A stretch of 64,000 nt of DNA from an uncultured Acidobacteriota bacterium. GTDB lineage: Bacteria; Acidobacteriota; UBA6911. The translations under genes were made by a program, and so were the position numbers. Positions 1 through 10,532 of this stretch are shown piece by piece; position 1 is the stretch's first letter; the number at the start of each line of letters is the position of its first letter. Where the stretch lies: positions 256,001 to 320,000 of the forward strand of contig CAWJKZ010000025.1 in the NCBI GenBank assembly GCA_963843575.1, read 5' to 3'. The notes under the pieces are model-generated. The model was not told the origin of the DNA and did not search any database. It saw only the letters and a program-made list of their open reading frames with translations.

Positions 1-701
1 TTCTGCGCGTGGACGAGGACAAGCAGAAGATCTCGCTCGGGTTGAAGCAGCTCTCCGCCGACCCGTGGTCGAGGGTGGGCGGAGTATACGAAGTAGGCCA
101 GCTGCGGCCTGGCCGTGTCACGCGCGTCGCCCAATTTGGCGCATTCGTGGAGCTCGAGCCTGGCATCGAAGCGCTGGCCCATGTGTCCACGTTCGCGCCG
201 ACCGGACGATCGGGAGGCTGGTCGGGCCAAATCGCTCCAGGGATGACGGGCACATTCGAGGTCTTATCCATCGACGTCGACCAGAAACGGATCGGCGTGG
301 CGCTCGTTCACGAAGGCTTGGCGCGGGCTGAGGGGGCTGCGGGAGCGCGGGCTGGCATCTTTCCGGGCGCGCGCCTGACGGGAAAGGTCGAGCGATGCGA
401 GAAATTCGGCGTGTTCGTCTTCCTGGCCCCGGGGCGCACCGGTCTCATCCCAATGAGCGAAACCGGCGTCGCGAAGGAAGGCGATGTCCAGCGAGCGTTT
501 CCGGTCGGTGCGGACGTTGAGGTCATCGTACTGGAAGTCGATCCGTCAGGCCGGCGCATCCGCCTGAGCGCGAAAGCGGTCATGGAAGCGCGCGAGGCCG
601 AGGAAGTGCGCGAGTGGGAGGAACGCAACCCTCCTCCCACCGATGGCTTCGGGACACTCGCCGACAAGCTGCGCTCGGCGTTCAAGTCGCGAGAGAAGTG
701 A
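1..701 (+). CDS. S1 RNA-binding multidomain protein (ribosomal protein S1-like), 5' end outside window
   Basis: Two S1 repeats (GRVTRVAQFGAFVELEPGIEALAHVS; GKVERCEKFGVFVFLAPGRTGLIPMSE...RIRLS) and GFGTLADKL tail. Confidence 0.85.
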   Translation, partial: LRVDEDKQKISLGLKQLSADPWSRVGGVYEVGQLRPGRVTRVAQFGAFVELEPGIEALAHVSTFAPTGRSGGWSGQIAPGMTGTFEVLSIDVDQKRIGVALVHEGLARAEGAAGARAGIFPGARLTGKVERCEKFGVFVFLAPGRTGLIPMSETGVAKEGDVQRAFPVGADVEVIVLEVDPSGRRIRLSAKAVMEAREAEEVREWEERNPPPTDGFGTLADKLRSAFKSREK

Positions 702-742
702 CACTCGTCACTCGTGCCGCTTCTTGGTCGGTGCCATAGCGG

Positions 743-1040
743 TCACTCGTCAAAAACACGTTTGTTTCGGCAGAAATGCCGAGTAGCGCCGCACGCACCG
801 GCGTCGAGCGCCTTGTCGATTTCCGAAGGAAAGGCGTTGCCGGAGAGAACGAACGATGGTTGCGTTCTTACCGCGTGTCTCCCGGCAGAGTCCGATTCCA
901 TCACCGTCCGTAAGCCACCAGTTGTCCACGATGTACACATCGTAATCGCCGGCACATGCCGCCTCTAGTGCAGCGCCTGCGGCGGCGACGTGCTCGACCT
1001 CGAAATCAGGGCACAAATCAATCAGTTGAAGGCGAGACAA
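743..1040 (-). pseudogene. response-regulator receiver domain, frameshifted
   Basis: DYDVYIVDNWWLTDGDGIGLCRE in one frame, LSGNAFPSEIDKALDAGA in another. Confidence 0.6.
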
Positions 1041-1143
1041 CTCGAACGTGTCGTGGTCCCTGACGGGACAGAGTACTCTTCGACCACCTCGGCGCGTTAG
1101 GGCGCAGCAGCGCTGATTGCAGCCGCACCCTCTTGAGACGTGA

Positions 1144-1377
1144 ATGCACCCTCATAGAATCTCCAGATTCCACGATGGGCGAAGCCTCTGCAGGACACGA
1201 GAGGTGCCGATCTCGGATGACAAGGCGCGTCGGCTCATGCACGACGGCTTCATACGCTACATCAGGATCGGCAGGGAAATGCGCGTGACCAGGCCTGAGA
1301 TGCGAGAATCCTCACGCACGGGACGGATCGGAGGCCCAGTAGTTGATCAGCGGTCGGAAACGGAGCGAGTCCGATGA
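1144..1377 (+). CDS. possible excisionase/HTH_17-like small DNA-binding protein (may be a remnant)
   Basis: ISDDKARRLMHDGFIRYIRIGREMRVTR resembles the Xis winged-HTH motif. Confidence 0.4.
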   Translation: MHPHRISRFHDGRSLCRTREVPISDDKARRLMHDGFIRYIRIGREMRVTRPEMRESSRTGRIGGPVVDQRSETERVR

Positions 1378-1535
1378 CGACGGCCGGAACCAGCCGATGT
1401 CAGTTCCCAGATGGCCGTTATGGTTCGCGTGGTTTTCGGCCATATCTTCATTGCGTTTTCCAACGCCCAATTCAGTAAGGGATTTGCGGCAGAAACGGCC
1501 ACGAACGACACGGATCCGCCCCGTTCGTAGCCGTT

Positions 1536-1655
1536 TTATTGCCTACAGGATTTCTTCACGGCGTCGCTGTTGGCTTTGCCGTGGCGGATCAGCAATATCA
1601 GGGCCACCACCGCGACGACAGTGAATCCGATAACAATGATTTGATCTGTTGACAC
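1536..1655 (-). CDS. 39-aa single-pass membrane protein (not in ORF track)
   Basis: GGAGG RBS, GTG start; MSTDQIIVIGFTVVAVVALILLIRHGKANSDAVKKSCRQ, a hydrophobic helix plus basic tail. Confidence 0.55.
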   Translation of the reverse strand: MSTDQIIVIGFTVVAVVALILLIRHGKANSDAVKKSCRQ

Positions 1656-1700
1656 ACGTCCTCCAAAACATGCTTGAAAATACACCACGTTGGCGGGGCT

Positions 1701-2039
1701 TCAGCACGAATGGATCGGCGGAGGAGAGCGGGGAGAAATGCTGGATTGCACACTGATAGCAACAGGGAACTTGTGGCGTAGCGGCGTACGCGACCGCACA
1801 GAACGCGCTTCTACATCCGTGTTGTCCGAAATCCAGAAGAACGGCTTGGCGGCATGGGCGCCGGCAGGCCGATCCTCCTTAGCAGCGAATGCCGGAGCGT
1901 GAATCAGTTGCACCCGCTCGTAGACTGGGGAAGACTCGGTGGCAAGGCTGTTCGGCACGCCCGGCAGCGATATAGGAAGAAGCAGCAGACCCAGCAGGAC
2001 AGCATTTCCTGCCACTACGCGGCAAGTTTTCGCAGTCAT
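1701..2039 (-). CDS. small exported/membrane-anchored protein with C-terminal RSPP motif
   Basis: N-terminal VLLGLLLLPISL; ends SISPRSPPPIHSC. Confidence 0.45.
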   Translation of the reverse strand: MTAKTCRVVAGNAVLLGLLLLPISLPGVPNSLATESSPVYERVQLIHAPAFAAKEDRPAGAHAAKPFFWISDNTDVEARSVRSRTPLRHKFPVAISVQSSISPRSPPPIHSC

Positions 2040-2364
2040 CAGGGAGTGCACGGCGCGAATTTTATCACATCCAAGACTCAACATGTTTCCACAGCCACGT
2101 TGCGTCGGCGACGGGTGTCTGTCCGGCTTCCCGTCCTTTGAATCGCGGATGATTGGCGAATCGACCATTGACGATTGCCAACGATTACCAGGCAATGGCC
2201 AAATCTGCACAGGACTCCCGCGACGATTCAGTTGGCTTGGATACAGCCGGTCTTTCCGGGGGAGCACTACCGCGGCATGGAGCGTTCAGACTCAGTGCCG
2301 CAGCATTGCGGTGGCGTTGGCGGAAGGGCGGGTACGGCGTCTAGCTGCCGCGTCGTGTCTGCGC

Positions 2365-2717
2365 GCGCGTCTTGCCTGATCGCGTGCGCGGGGCTCTACG
2401 GAACGGTGTCGTACAACGTCGCGCGGCAAACCGGCGAGTCGGACTCCGTATGGCGCTGGGCGCGCAACGCGGCGCCGTGGTTTGGATGGTGCGCCGCGTT
2501 CTATTACTGGCCGCGGTGGGGCTCGCGATCAGCGTGCCTGCCGTTTTAATCGGGTCACGGCTTGTCAAATCGTTTCTGTTCGGGACCCAGCCTAATAGAT
2601 CCGGGAACCCTGGTGCTGGCCGGCGTAGTCCTCGTAAGCGCCGCGATTGTCGCTGGCTATGCGCCGGCAAGGCGAGCGTCCCGAATTGATCCGCTGGTGG
2701 CTCTGCGGCACGAATAG
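2365..2717 (+). pseudogene. ADOP/FtsX-type ABC permease C-terminal fragment, frameshifted
   Basis: ACAGLYGTVSYNVARQT / GLRMALGAQRGAVVWMV / ARRASRIDPLVALRHE* spread across frames. Confidence 0.8.
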
Positions 2718-2829
2718 GACATAGTACTTCGTGCCGCAACGAAGGATGAAAATGTTCCGGGCCCGCGTACGTCAGTCACGGTAGGCGCTCGCATTAGATG
2801 CCGACCTACTCTGGCGCACATTGGCAGCG

Positions 2830-4231
2830 CGCGAGTATAGCCGGATGCTGCTGACGCACAACGATGTCCTGCTTTCAACCCAGATGTTTCCACCGTGCGC
2901 TTGGACAATCTCGCAGGCGATGGCAAACCCGCTGCCGGTGCCGGAACCTGAGGTGTTCCGGCCGTCCTGTAATACCTGTCAAAGATGCGGCTCTGTTCCC
3001 GTTCGGAGATCCCTGGGCCGCGGTCCTCGACGGTGATCTGAACCCGGTCGTCATTGCGTATGGCTCGGATGGTGATAGGCGAATCTGGAGGGCTGTACTT
3101 CACGGCATTGCTGACAAGCTGACGAATGACGATTCCCATGAGATCGCGGTCAACAAGCAAATCCGGTACGGGATGAGGGATAGTCTGCCGAATAGTGCGG
3201 TCCTTCAGCGCTGGACCCATTCGCCGAATCGCTGCACACAAGACGTCTTCAACCGAGTATGGTTGCCTGTCCAGCTTAAGTTTACCGGCTTCGATTCGCC
3301 CCATCTCAATCGCCTCGCCCAGGAGGAAGTCAAGGTAATCAGTCTCTTCCACAATGATCGAGAGCAACTCGGTGCGGTCGCATGGGTCGTTGCTTTCCAT
3401 CAATGCGGCGGCAGCTTTTAGTGAGGTCAGCGGCGTCTTGAACTCGTGAGCTATTGCATCCAGCAGAGTGGACTTCAACTGCTCGCTCTGTCTCGCAGCC
3501 TCCATGTGAGTCGAAAGCTCGTGGATTCTGGCTCTCTCAAGCGCCATCGCGAGCAGGTTCGCGATCGCATCCTGAGCGGATTCTGAGATTGAGCGCGTTG
3601 CGAAAGCGATACTCCCAAGACCGGATCCGGCAAGGCTTAGCGGCAGAACGGAAACTCCAGCCGATTTGTTGCGGTGCCTCGTGCCCGTGGCTGCGCATTC
3701 CAGCATTAGATTAGGTGACGCAACCTGTGCCCCGGCGCTGCAGAGTTCCCCTGTTGAGGAATGGAATATCGTAACAGCGGGGAAGCCGAACGTCTTCCGG
3801 GTATGTTCTGTAAGTTGTTGCGGGATGCTCTTTTGCGAATCGAGCAGGAGTAGAGCGCTGCCCAGCGTGTAAAGCTTCTTCATTTCCGAACGCCGCCGAA
3901 CAACAGTAGCGGAAAGCTGGCTGCAGATCGCGCTTGCCGTCAGGAAGGTTCCGAACGCAACCCAGTGCTCCGGATCCGCGACCCAGAATACTCTCAGCGG
4001 CGGCAGAAAGAGGCTCAGACAGGCCGCACCGGAGACGGATGCGGCTACACCCTCGGCAAGCCCCCATGCTGTCGACACGGCCAGAACGACAACCACGAAG
4101 CTCAGTGCCACGGTAGTGCTGTTCACAATTACCATGTGGCTGTAGACAAAAGTAACGGCAGAGATCACACCGACCGTGATCGCGACGTGTAGCAATCTCA
4201 GCAGCAGGCCCTTCCCCTCGTCCCTCAACAT
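2830..4231 (-). pseudogene. KdpD-like sensor histidine kinase (DUF4118 TM + HisKA + HATPase), frameshift near 2945
   Basis: 4-TM N-terminus, DAIAHEFKTPLT, SNAVKYS, DRGPGI; the G2 box GTGSGFAIACEIVQAHGGNIWVES is in a different frame; 3' end approximate. Confidence 0.8.
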
Positions 4232-4918
4232 GGCTTATTGCCTATTATAGTCGCGGTCTTCCGGGTTTGAAGTGGGTGGAATGGGGAATCTGCGCCGCGC
4301 TCATAGTCACCACCCTCGGCTGACGGCTTATAAGCGTACGGCATGATAGGGCTTCGTGATCTCGTAAGCCATTTCCCTCGTGAGAGATGCGCTTGGGCTG
4401 GGCACCCACACCGGTCAAGGGCGCGCCAGCGGCGCGGCGTAGCGAACCCGTGACGACGAGGACGACCAGCCAAGAATCGACGACGCGGGAAAGGGGTTAC
4501 CCACTTCAAATTCGGAAGACCCCATAGTCGAACAGGTGCTCTGCCAGATCTTCAACGCGCACACGGTGCGTGTTGACCTGCACGGTCTGGCGGAACGTAT
4601 CTAGCCTTTCCTCGGCGAGAGCAAGATCGGCCTTACCCTGCAGCAGTTCGACGAATGCGGACTGCAGGTCGACGACGACCGTCTGAACCGTGCTGAGGAA
4701 TTGGAGTTGTACCGTTGAACACCGCGGCCTCTGCTACATGGAAGATGAACCCGGAAAGGATAATGGCGGCTCGGACAGGAGAACCGGCGCTTGGCAGCCA
4801 TCGTATCCGCATCCGGCTAGATGCAAAATCCTAATGTGCCGGTAACAACTTCTTAACACCCAGGATGTTACGCTGAACTAGGTGGCGTTTTGCTGTCGAG
4901 AGCACCTTGGAGGCTGTT

Positions 4919-5320
4919 ATGCGGTGTCCTGCGTGTCATGTTCTGACTCTCGGAAAGGTGGTTTGCCCTGTCTGCAACTGCGATTTCCTGAACTTCCGCC
5001 TGCGCCAGCCTGAAAAGGTCTGGCAAACCGGACGGCAAAGGCATTTGGGATGGGGCATGGGCACTTTTGGGCGTGGGGTCTTGATGGCCGCATTGCTTTT
5101 GACGTTATCGGCTTTGCCCACAGAGAACCACTCCACCTGGACACCCAACCTGCTCGCCCTCGGCCTTCTGGGGTCGATCGCAGGCATGTTGCTGGTGGCA
5201 TCAGGCCACTTGGTTGACCTGATCGATCAGTTCTTAGATTTGCACTCCTGGAGTATTTCCGGTGCGCCTTCAGCAGCCAAAGAATGCGCTCGTGACCACA
5301 AGCGCGACGGACTCCGCTGA
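4919..5320 (+). CDS. hypothetical 2-TM protein with N-terminal zinc ribbon
   Basis: CPACH...CPVC followed by two hydrophobic segments. Confidence 0.5.
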   Translation: MRCPACHVLTLGKVVCPVCNCDFLNFRLRQPEKVWQTGRQRHLGWGMGTFGRGVLMAALLLTLSALPTENHSTWTPNLLALGLLGSIAGMLLVASGHLVDLIDQFLDLHSWSISGAPSAAKECARDHKRDGLR

Positions 5321-5589
5321 TCTTGCCGGGTGCGTGGTATGGCTACCACCGAGGTGTTCCAAGAATCCGCGACAGTCTGCGGCTGACGTGGCCGGGCGGG
5401 GTTGGCATGATCTAAGAGGCTAATGGAAACTGCCTTTGCTCCCGCTCTGCTGCGCCGGGGCAATCGGCGATTTCATTAGCTGCAGGTCCAAATACTCCTG
5501 CCTTGGCTACGCCAGCACTTCGCGGGCCATCAAGTCCCGCTTGGCACGGAGCTCTACGAAACGGCGGATTCGGCTACCGCGGCCCGGCC

Positions 5590-5845
5590 GGCATCGCACT
5601 TCCGTATCACCGAGAAACTTGGCGCCGGCGGCATGGGCGGCAACAGTCCTGGTGGGCAAGCCCCGCAACCATGTTAACAGCGCATGGCTGACGGCACCCT
5701 TGGTGCGCCGAAAGTGCGCCCAGTCGAAAAGCGAAGGGATTCATCTTGCCGGCAGGCTTCGCTAAGGTACCTCTCGCTTCCCCGGCTCCATCGCAAGGGC
5801 CGTTTGGCACAGCCGTTCGATCTCCTTCCGGCGTTCCGAGCCAAT
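5590..5845. pseudogene. Ser/Thr kinase relics on both strands
   Basis: + strand SHFRITEKLGAGGMG (~5594-5640); - strand ERRKEIERLCQTALAMEPGKRE / YLSEACRQDESLR, the typical acidobacterial kinase N-terminus, frameshifted. Confidence 0.6.
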
Positions 5846-6071
5846 CGCCCTAACTTCCGCTTCAGCATCTTCAGCAGCGTCTGGCCCGAGCCACCGGGCT
5901 TCATACACGAATGGGGGACCGGTCAGTTCTCTGCAAAAGCGTGGAGTGAACCCAGGCAGCACCGAGATTATCTGAGATGGCATCGGGCCTCCTTCCGGGG
6001 AAAGCCCGCATAGCGATGTCCCAAACTATACGCCGCATCGCGGCCGTGCGGGTGGCTCAGTCATGATTTCA

Positions 6072-6455
6072 TCAGATGCGGGGGAGCTGAGGGAGGCAGT
6101 CGAAATGCCGGTTGCGGGAGTGAAGCAGCAGGCTGTGCTGGAGCACGAGGGCGGCAATCCAGATATCGTTCACGGGGATGGGGGTGCCCTGTGTGCGAAG
6201 CTGCAGGTAGACTCGGGCATAATGGTGAGTCGTCTCCTCGTCGGCAAACAGCACCCGCACCCGCGGTCGGTTCAGGAAGCGAGCGAGGACGCTTTCGTTC
6301 TTTCGGGACAGGCTGCCACAAGCAAAACCCGCCCGAAGCTCCGCGAGTGTAACGAACGGCATGCAGATGGTGCTTGCCATGGCCAACCGGTCGACCACCT
6401 CGGGCAGACCGGCGCAGAAATCGCGATAGCGGTTCGTGTCGACCGCAATCCTCAT
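6072..6455 (-). CDS. vapC: type II TA toxin, PIN domain (VapC family)
   Basis: IAVDTN, VTLAELRAGF, PIPVNDIWIAA, RHF motifs. Confidence 0.92.
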   Translation of the reverse strand: MRIAVDTNRYRDFCAGLPEVVDRLAMASTICMPFVTLAELRAGFACGSLSRKNESVLARFLNRPRVRVLFADEETTHHYARVYLQLRTQGTPIPVNDIWIAALVLQHSLLLHSRNRHFDCLPQLPRI

Positions 6456-6703
6456 TTCCAGAGCTCAGGATCCACCTGGTCCATCTCCAGAATGGCTTTA
6501 TCGAATTCAGGATCATCGACCCAAGTGCCTGCAAGGTCGTCGAGGTCTGGGTTCCGGACGGCAACGTCGGAAATGCCGGCGCCGACCTTCATGACCTCTA
6601 TCACCGTCTCATTCAGGGACTTGCCGTCTTCCGCAGCGCGGTTTCTGAGGTGCGCGTCCAGACGCTCCGGGATCCCTCGAATTGTGTACTGTATATTGCT
6701 CAT
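6452..6703 (-). CDS. antitoxin (FitA-like ribbon-helix-helix)
   Basis: QYTIRGIPERLDAHLR...GKSLNE, DLDDLAGTW; ATGA overlap with the PIN toxin. Confidence 0.85.
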   Translation of the reverse strand: MSNIQYTIRGIPERLDAHLRNRAAEDGKSLNETVIEVMKVGAGISDVAVRNPDLDDLAGTWVDDPEFDKAILEMDQVDPELWK

Positions 6704-7076
6704 GCCTTCATTGTAGGCGTCAGGTGCCTACAAAGGCAAGAGTATCGCAGGCAGGCTGAATTTCGGTGACGGTCACCGAGGTTCAGCGGAGGTTGTCGAT
6801 CATCAGACCTGTTGGCCGCCTGCCAGCCCGGTCTCCTTCTCTCTAGCCAGCGCCCTGGCAGCTGCGTCCATGGCTGGATCCTTCATGAATCCCCCTGCCT
6901 CTGTGGTTCGCCAGCAGGGCCTCGACCTTCGCCCGAAGCGACCCGGATAAGGCCTTTTGGCACACCCGCACCTTACTGCAATTCGATTCTCCACCGTCAC
7001 TTCAGTCCGCTTATAATGGCGGCCACCAAAGGTGCCTGACAGAGCAGCGTATGCGGTGCCACTGGGGGCATACTCC

Positions 7077-7491
7077 ATGATCGGCGAGACCGTATCGCAC
7101 TACCGGATCGTCGAGAAGATCGGCCAGGGGGGGATGGGAGAAGTGTTTCTGGCCGACGACACGTCGCTGCATCGCAAGGTCGCCCTGAAATTCCTCCCCC
7201 CAGACATGCAGCAGGACTCCGCCGCACACAAGCGGTTCCTGCGCGAAGCCCATTCGGCGGCGGCGCTGGATCATCCTTTCATCTGCCACATCAACGAAGT
7301 CGCCGAATCCGACGGTCGGGACTTCATCGTCATGGAGTACGTCGAAGGCCAGTCGGTCAAGGACAGGCTCGAGAAGGGTCCGTTATCACCCGACGAGGCG
7401 CTGCCGATCGCCATCGAGGTCGCCGAAGCGCTCGAGGCCGCACACGGCAAGGGGATCGGCGCTGCTGCGCCGCATGAACCTCCCCCAGTAG
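7077..7491 (+). pseudogene. Ser/Thr protein kinase, internally deleted
   Basis: HYRIVEKIGQGGMGEVF, VALKFL, HPFIC...AAHGKGI stops just before HRD; joined out of frame to the C-terminal ALLRRMNLPQ*. Confidence 0.85.
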
Positions 7492-7671
7492 GGCACCACA
7501 GCCACCCAGCATTTGCGCAGACAAACCATCATCCGAGGATGGATTACTCCCAAATCGCGCTGTGGGAAATAATCTTGCGCGTAAGGGACGCGATCTCTGT
7601 CCAAGCTGCGTAATTGCAAAATGTTTCGGTATGTCTATACTATGCGAACGCCTTTGCGAAGGAGACACGCT

Positions 7672-7998
7672 ATGCCGTCAAAATCAAGTGACGCCAGAGA
7701 GAATCAAAAGAAGTTATACGATCAACGCATCCAAGAGCGCCGGGCCGATCTCGAAAAGAAGGGCCTAACCCCCAAGGAAATTAATAAGGACAAGGTGCAT
7801 GAACATTTAAAGGCCAAACGGCGAGCTATTATGAAGGCGATTGCTGCCATAAACGACATCAATACGCGCAATGAGCACCGTAAAGAAGCGGCCGCGGAAC
7901 AGCCAGCCCCGGTGCCTGCCGCCCCCAAAGAGAAGAAGCCCAAGAAGGAGAAGCCGGAGAAGGCCGAGAAGGCCGCTCCCGCCAAGGCTGGCGATTAG
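7672..7998 (+). CDS. hypothetical Lys/Glu-rich protein
   Basis: AAGGAG RBS, coiled-coil-like N-terminus, KEKKPKKEKPEK tail. Confidence 0.7.
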   Translation: MPSKSSDARENQKKLYDQRIQERRADLEKKGLTPKEINKDKVHEHLKAKRRAIMKAIAAINDINTRNEHRKEAAAEQPAPVPAAPKEKKPKKEKPEKAEKAAPAKAGD

Positions 7999-8386
7999 GC
8001 TGCCCTCTCGCGTGATAAATCCTACCCGCAGATGTGAAATTCTCGACACTCACCAGCGGCCGCGTTCCGGGACACGATCTTAAGACTGACGACTGCGTCC
8101 CTTCGTCGTTCTCTGTGCTTCTTTGCATTCGCGGCGACCGAAAGACATTTTCCTTGTCCCTCTCACGCTCATTAAGATAAGCGAATCATCAGACAGGGGC
8201 CGCAATGCGGTCACTGCCAAAGGAAGTCGAACTGATCCGGGTGCCCGGCGGAATCAACGCCAGGTCGATCGTCGCAGCACTCCATGGAAGCGGAATCCCA
8301 TGCATACTGCAATTGGCCATCGGTCACGGTGATTCCGCGCACGGTCCTCAGCGGTGGAAGATATTTGGGATGCAGTGACCAGAGCC

Positions 8387-9151
8387 TCATTTGGCAGCGA
8401 CGACTAGCATTTCGTAATCGTCGTGGGTCAGCGGCTTCGAACGGCTGAAAGCCCCGGTGACTCCGCCGAATATCTCGGCCTTCGAAAAACCGAGGCTTTC
8501 CAGCAGCCAGGCGATTTCCGAAGGCGCGTAGTGACGCTCGTTGCAGCTCAGTTTTCGCATCCCGCCGGAGTCATCGGCGATCTTCAGGATCGAATGGTCC
8601 CTAAACGTCATCAGGTCAAACGAATGCCCCGAGGTTTCGCCGGTTGCCATGTTCCCGTTGATGAAATCCTTGACCGAGTGGAAAAGCGGGAAGAAGACAT
8701 TCAGCGTCGTCAGGATCAGTTTGCCGCCTGGCCGCAAAGAGGCGGCGGCGCCCGAGAGAATGCGGAAGTTTTCCCTATCGGTTGCCATAAGCGGGAAAGC
8801 CCCCTCGCAGATGATCAGCGCCAGATCGAACTCCCCGCGGTAACTCAGTTCACGCGCATCGGCCTGTATGAACTCGACGGCGACGCGCGCATCTTTCGCC
8901 TTGCCGCGAGCGCGGGCCAGTTGCGATGCGGAAAGGTCCACGCCGGTCACCCTGTAGCCTCGGCGCGCCAGCTCGATCGCGTGGCGGCCCGTGCCGCAGC
9001 CGATATCGAGGATTCGCTGCGACCTGTCGCCGCCGATCTCGCTCTCGATGAAATCGACTTCCTGCAGCGTCCCCTGCGTGAATGCCTCGCGATCGTAGGT
9101 CTCGGCGTAATTTTCAAAAAGCTCCTCGTACCACTGTTTCATCGGCGTCAT
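8387..9151 (-). CDS. class I SAM-dependent methyltransferase
   Basis: ILDIGCGTGRH, VTGVDLS, LRPGGKL. Confidence 0.92.
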   Translation of the reverse strand: MTPMKQWYEELFENYAETYDREAFTQGTLQEVDFIESEIGGDRSQRILDIGCGTGRHAIELARRGYRVTGVDLSASQLARARGKAKDARVAVEFIQADARELSYRGEFDLALIICEGAFPLMATDRENFRILSGAAASLRPGGKLILTTLNVFFPLFHSVKDFINGNMATGETSGHSFDLMTFRDHSILKIADDSGGMRKLSCNERHYAPSEIAWLLESLGFSKAEIFGGVTGAFSRSKPLTHDDYEMLVVAAK

Positions 9152-9415
9152 CTCCCTGATGCGCGGATTATATCCGTTTTGGACGGACAGGAAGGATGAG
9201 CTGCAACTCCTCGCCTGGCAGGCTTCTGATTCGACACGCGAGGCCCCACCGCGCGTGGCCTTCCTCAGTTGCTGGCAACCAGTACTCGGATGCCGGACAT
9301 CTTCCTGCTGTTTCGGGGGGGGGCCGTGGCCGCGTTTGTTGATTGTGCTGAAGCGCGCGCGCTGCTGAGCTTATAATGCAGCATCGTCGTTCCCATCCCC
9401 TCGCGGGAGAGACCC

Positions 9416-9840
9416 ATGCGCCTCCTCGTTCTAGCCTGGATGTTTTCCGTTCCTGCCGCACTCGGTGCCCAGACTGAAGTTTCGGCGCGCCTCGAGCCCA
9501 CATCGGTAGTCGTCCGGACCCCGGACGGGATCCGGCAACTGGTCGTGGCCGAGATCGATTCGCCCGGTTTGCGCGACGCGACGCTTCGCCTCACCGGCAC
9601 GGGGTGGGCACGCCCCGTCGAGGTGAGGCTGGGCGAGGTCGGCAAGGGGAAGCAGACCGTCCGGGCGCTGGTCCCCGCGGCGACCGGCGCGGCGAAGCTG
9701 ACCGGCGTGCTCGAATTCCCGGGCAACCGCATCGAGCTTCCGGCCGAGGTCCTGAGACTCGCACCCCTGCGGACGGTCTACCTCGTGCAGCACACCCACA
9801 CCGACATCGGCTACACGCGACCGCAGACCGAGATCCAAGG
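9416..9840 (+). pseudogene. truncated N-terminus of secreted GH38-like glycoside hydrolase
   Basis: Signal peptide, then RTVYLVQHTHTDIGYTRPQ, after which similarity ends abruptly. Confidence 0.65.
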
Positions 9841-9954
9841 TCGAACAACCGAAGTCCGGGATCTGGAACCGGACCGGCGAAAGACGCGGCCGAAGATAGG
9901 CAGGCAGCCGCGGGCTCGCCCCGTCAGCGCGTTCGAGAGGGTATACTGCAAGCC

Positions 9955-10404
9955 ATGGAAAGTTCAGCCGCGGGGCGGCTCGAGGCGATCTGGTTGAAGC
10001 GGGCACGGCGCGGCCCGATGGACGCGGCCCAGTCGGCGACGACGCTCGCAGGGCTCGGTCTCGCGGGCAACGCCAACCAGGGGGGCCGCCGGCAGGTGAC
10101 GATCATCGAGCAGGAGGTCTGGGAGACGCTGATGGCCGAACTGGACGGCTCACTCCCGCCGTCGACGCGCAGGGCCAACCTCATGGTCCGTGGCATCCCC
10201 CTCGCGGGAAGCCTCGGGCGCACGCTGCGGATCGGCCGCTGCAGGATAAGGGTCCTGGGCGAGACCAAGCCATGCGAGCAGATGGAAGCAGCCATGCCGG
10301 GACTCAGGGAAGCGATGCGCCCAGGCTGGCGGGGCGGCGCCTTTGGCGAGGTCCTGGACCACGGCGTCATCACCGTCGGCGACCCGGTGGAGTGGGTCGC
10401 GTAA
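9955..10404 (+). CDS. MOSC domain protein
   Basis: RQVTII, RRANLMV, ETKPC, GVITVGD. Confidence 0.88.
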   Translation: MESSAAGRLEAIWLKRARRGPMDAAQSATTLAGLGLAGNANQGGRRQVTIIEQEVWETLMAELDGSLPPSTRRANLMVRGIPLAGSLGRTLRIGRCRIRVLGETKPCEQMEAAMPGLREAMRPGWRGGAFGEVLDHGVITVGDPVEWVA

Positions 10405-10532
10405 CAGCAGGCCGTCCGGCCCTTTCACTCTTCATTCCCGGAACCCGCAGCGATGAACACCGCAAAAGCAGGGCGAACCCGTTGTGCTCGCGGCGGATTC
10501 TCAAATAGAATCAGGCATCACGGAGATTTGAC

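Noticed and set aside
4513-4718. Reading frame with an internal TAG (pyrrolysine?)
   Set aside because: Unrecognised fragment in a decayed region; no methylamine methyltransferase or pyl context.
8000-8380. Long intergenic stretches here and at 11740-12100 as possible ncRNA or riboswitch
   Set aside because: No recognisable Rfam-type motif or terminator architecture by eye; a cmscan would be needed.
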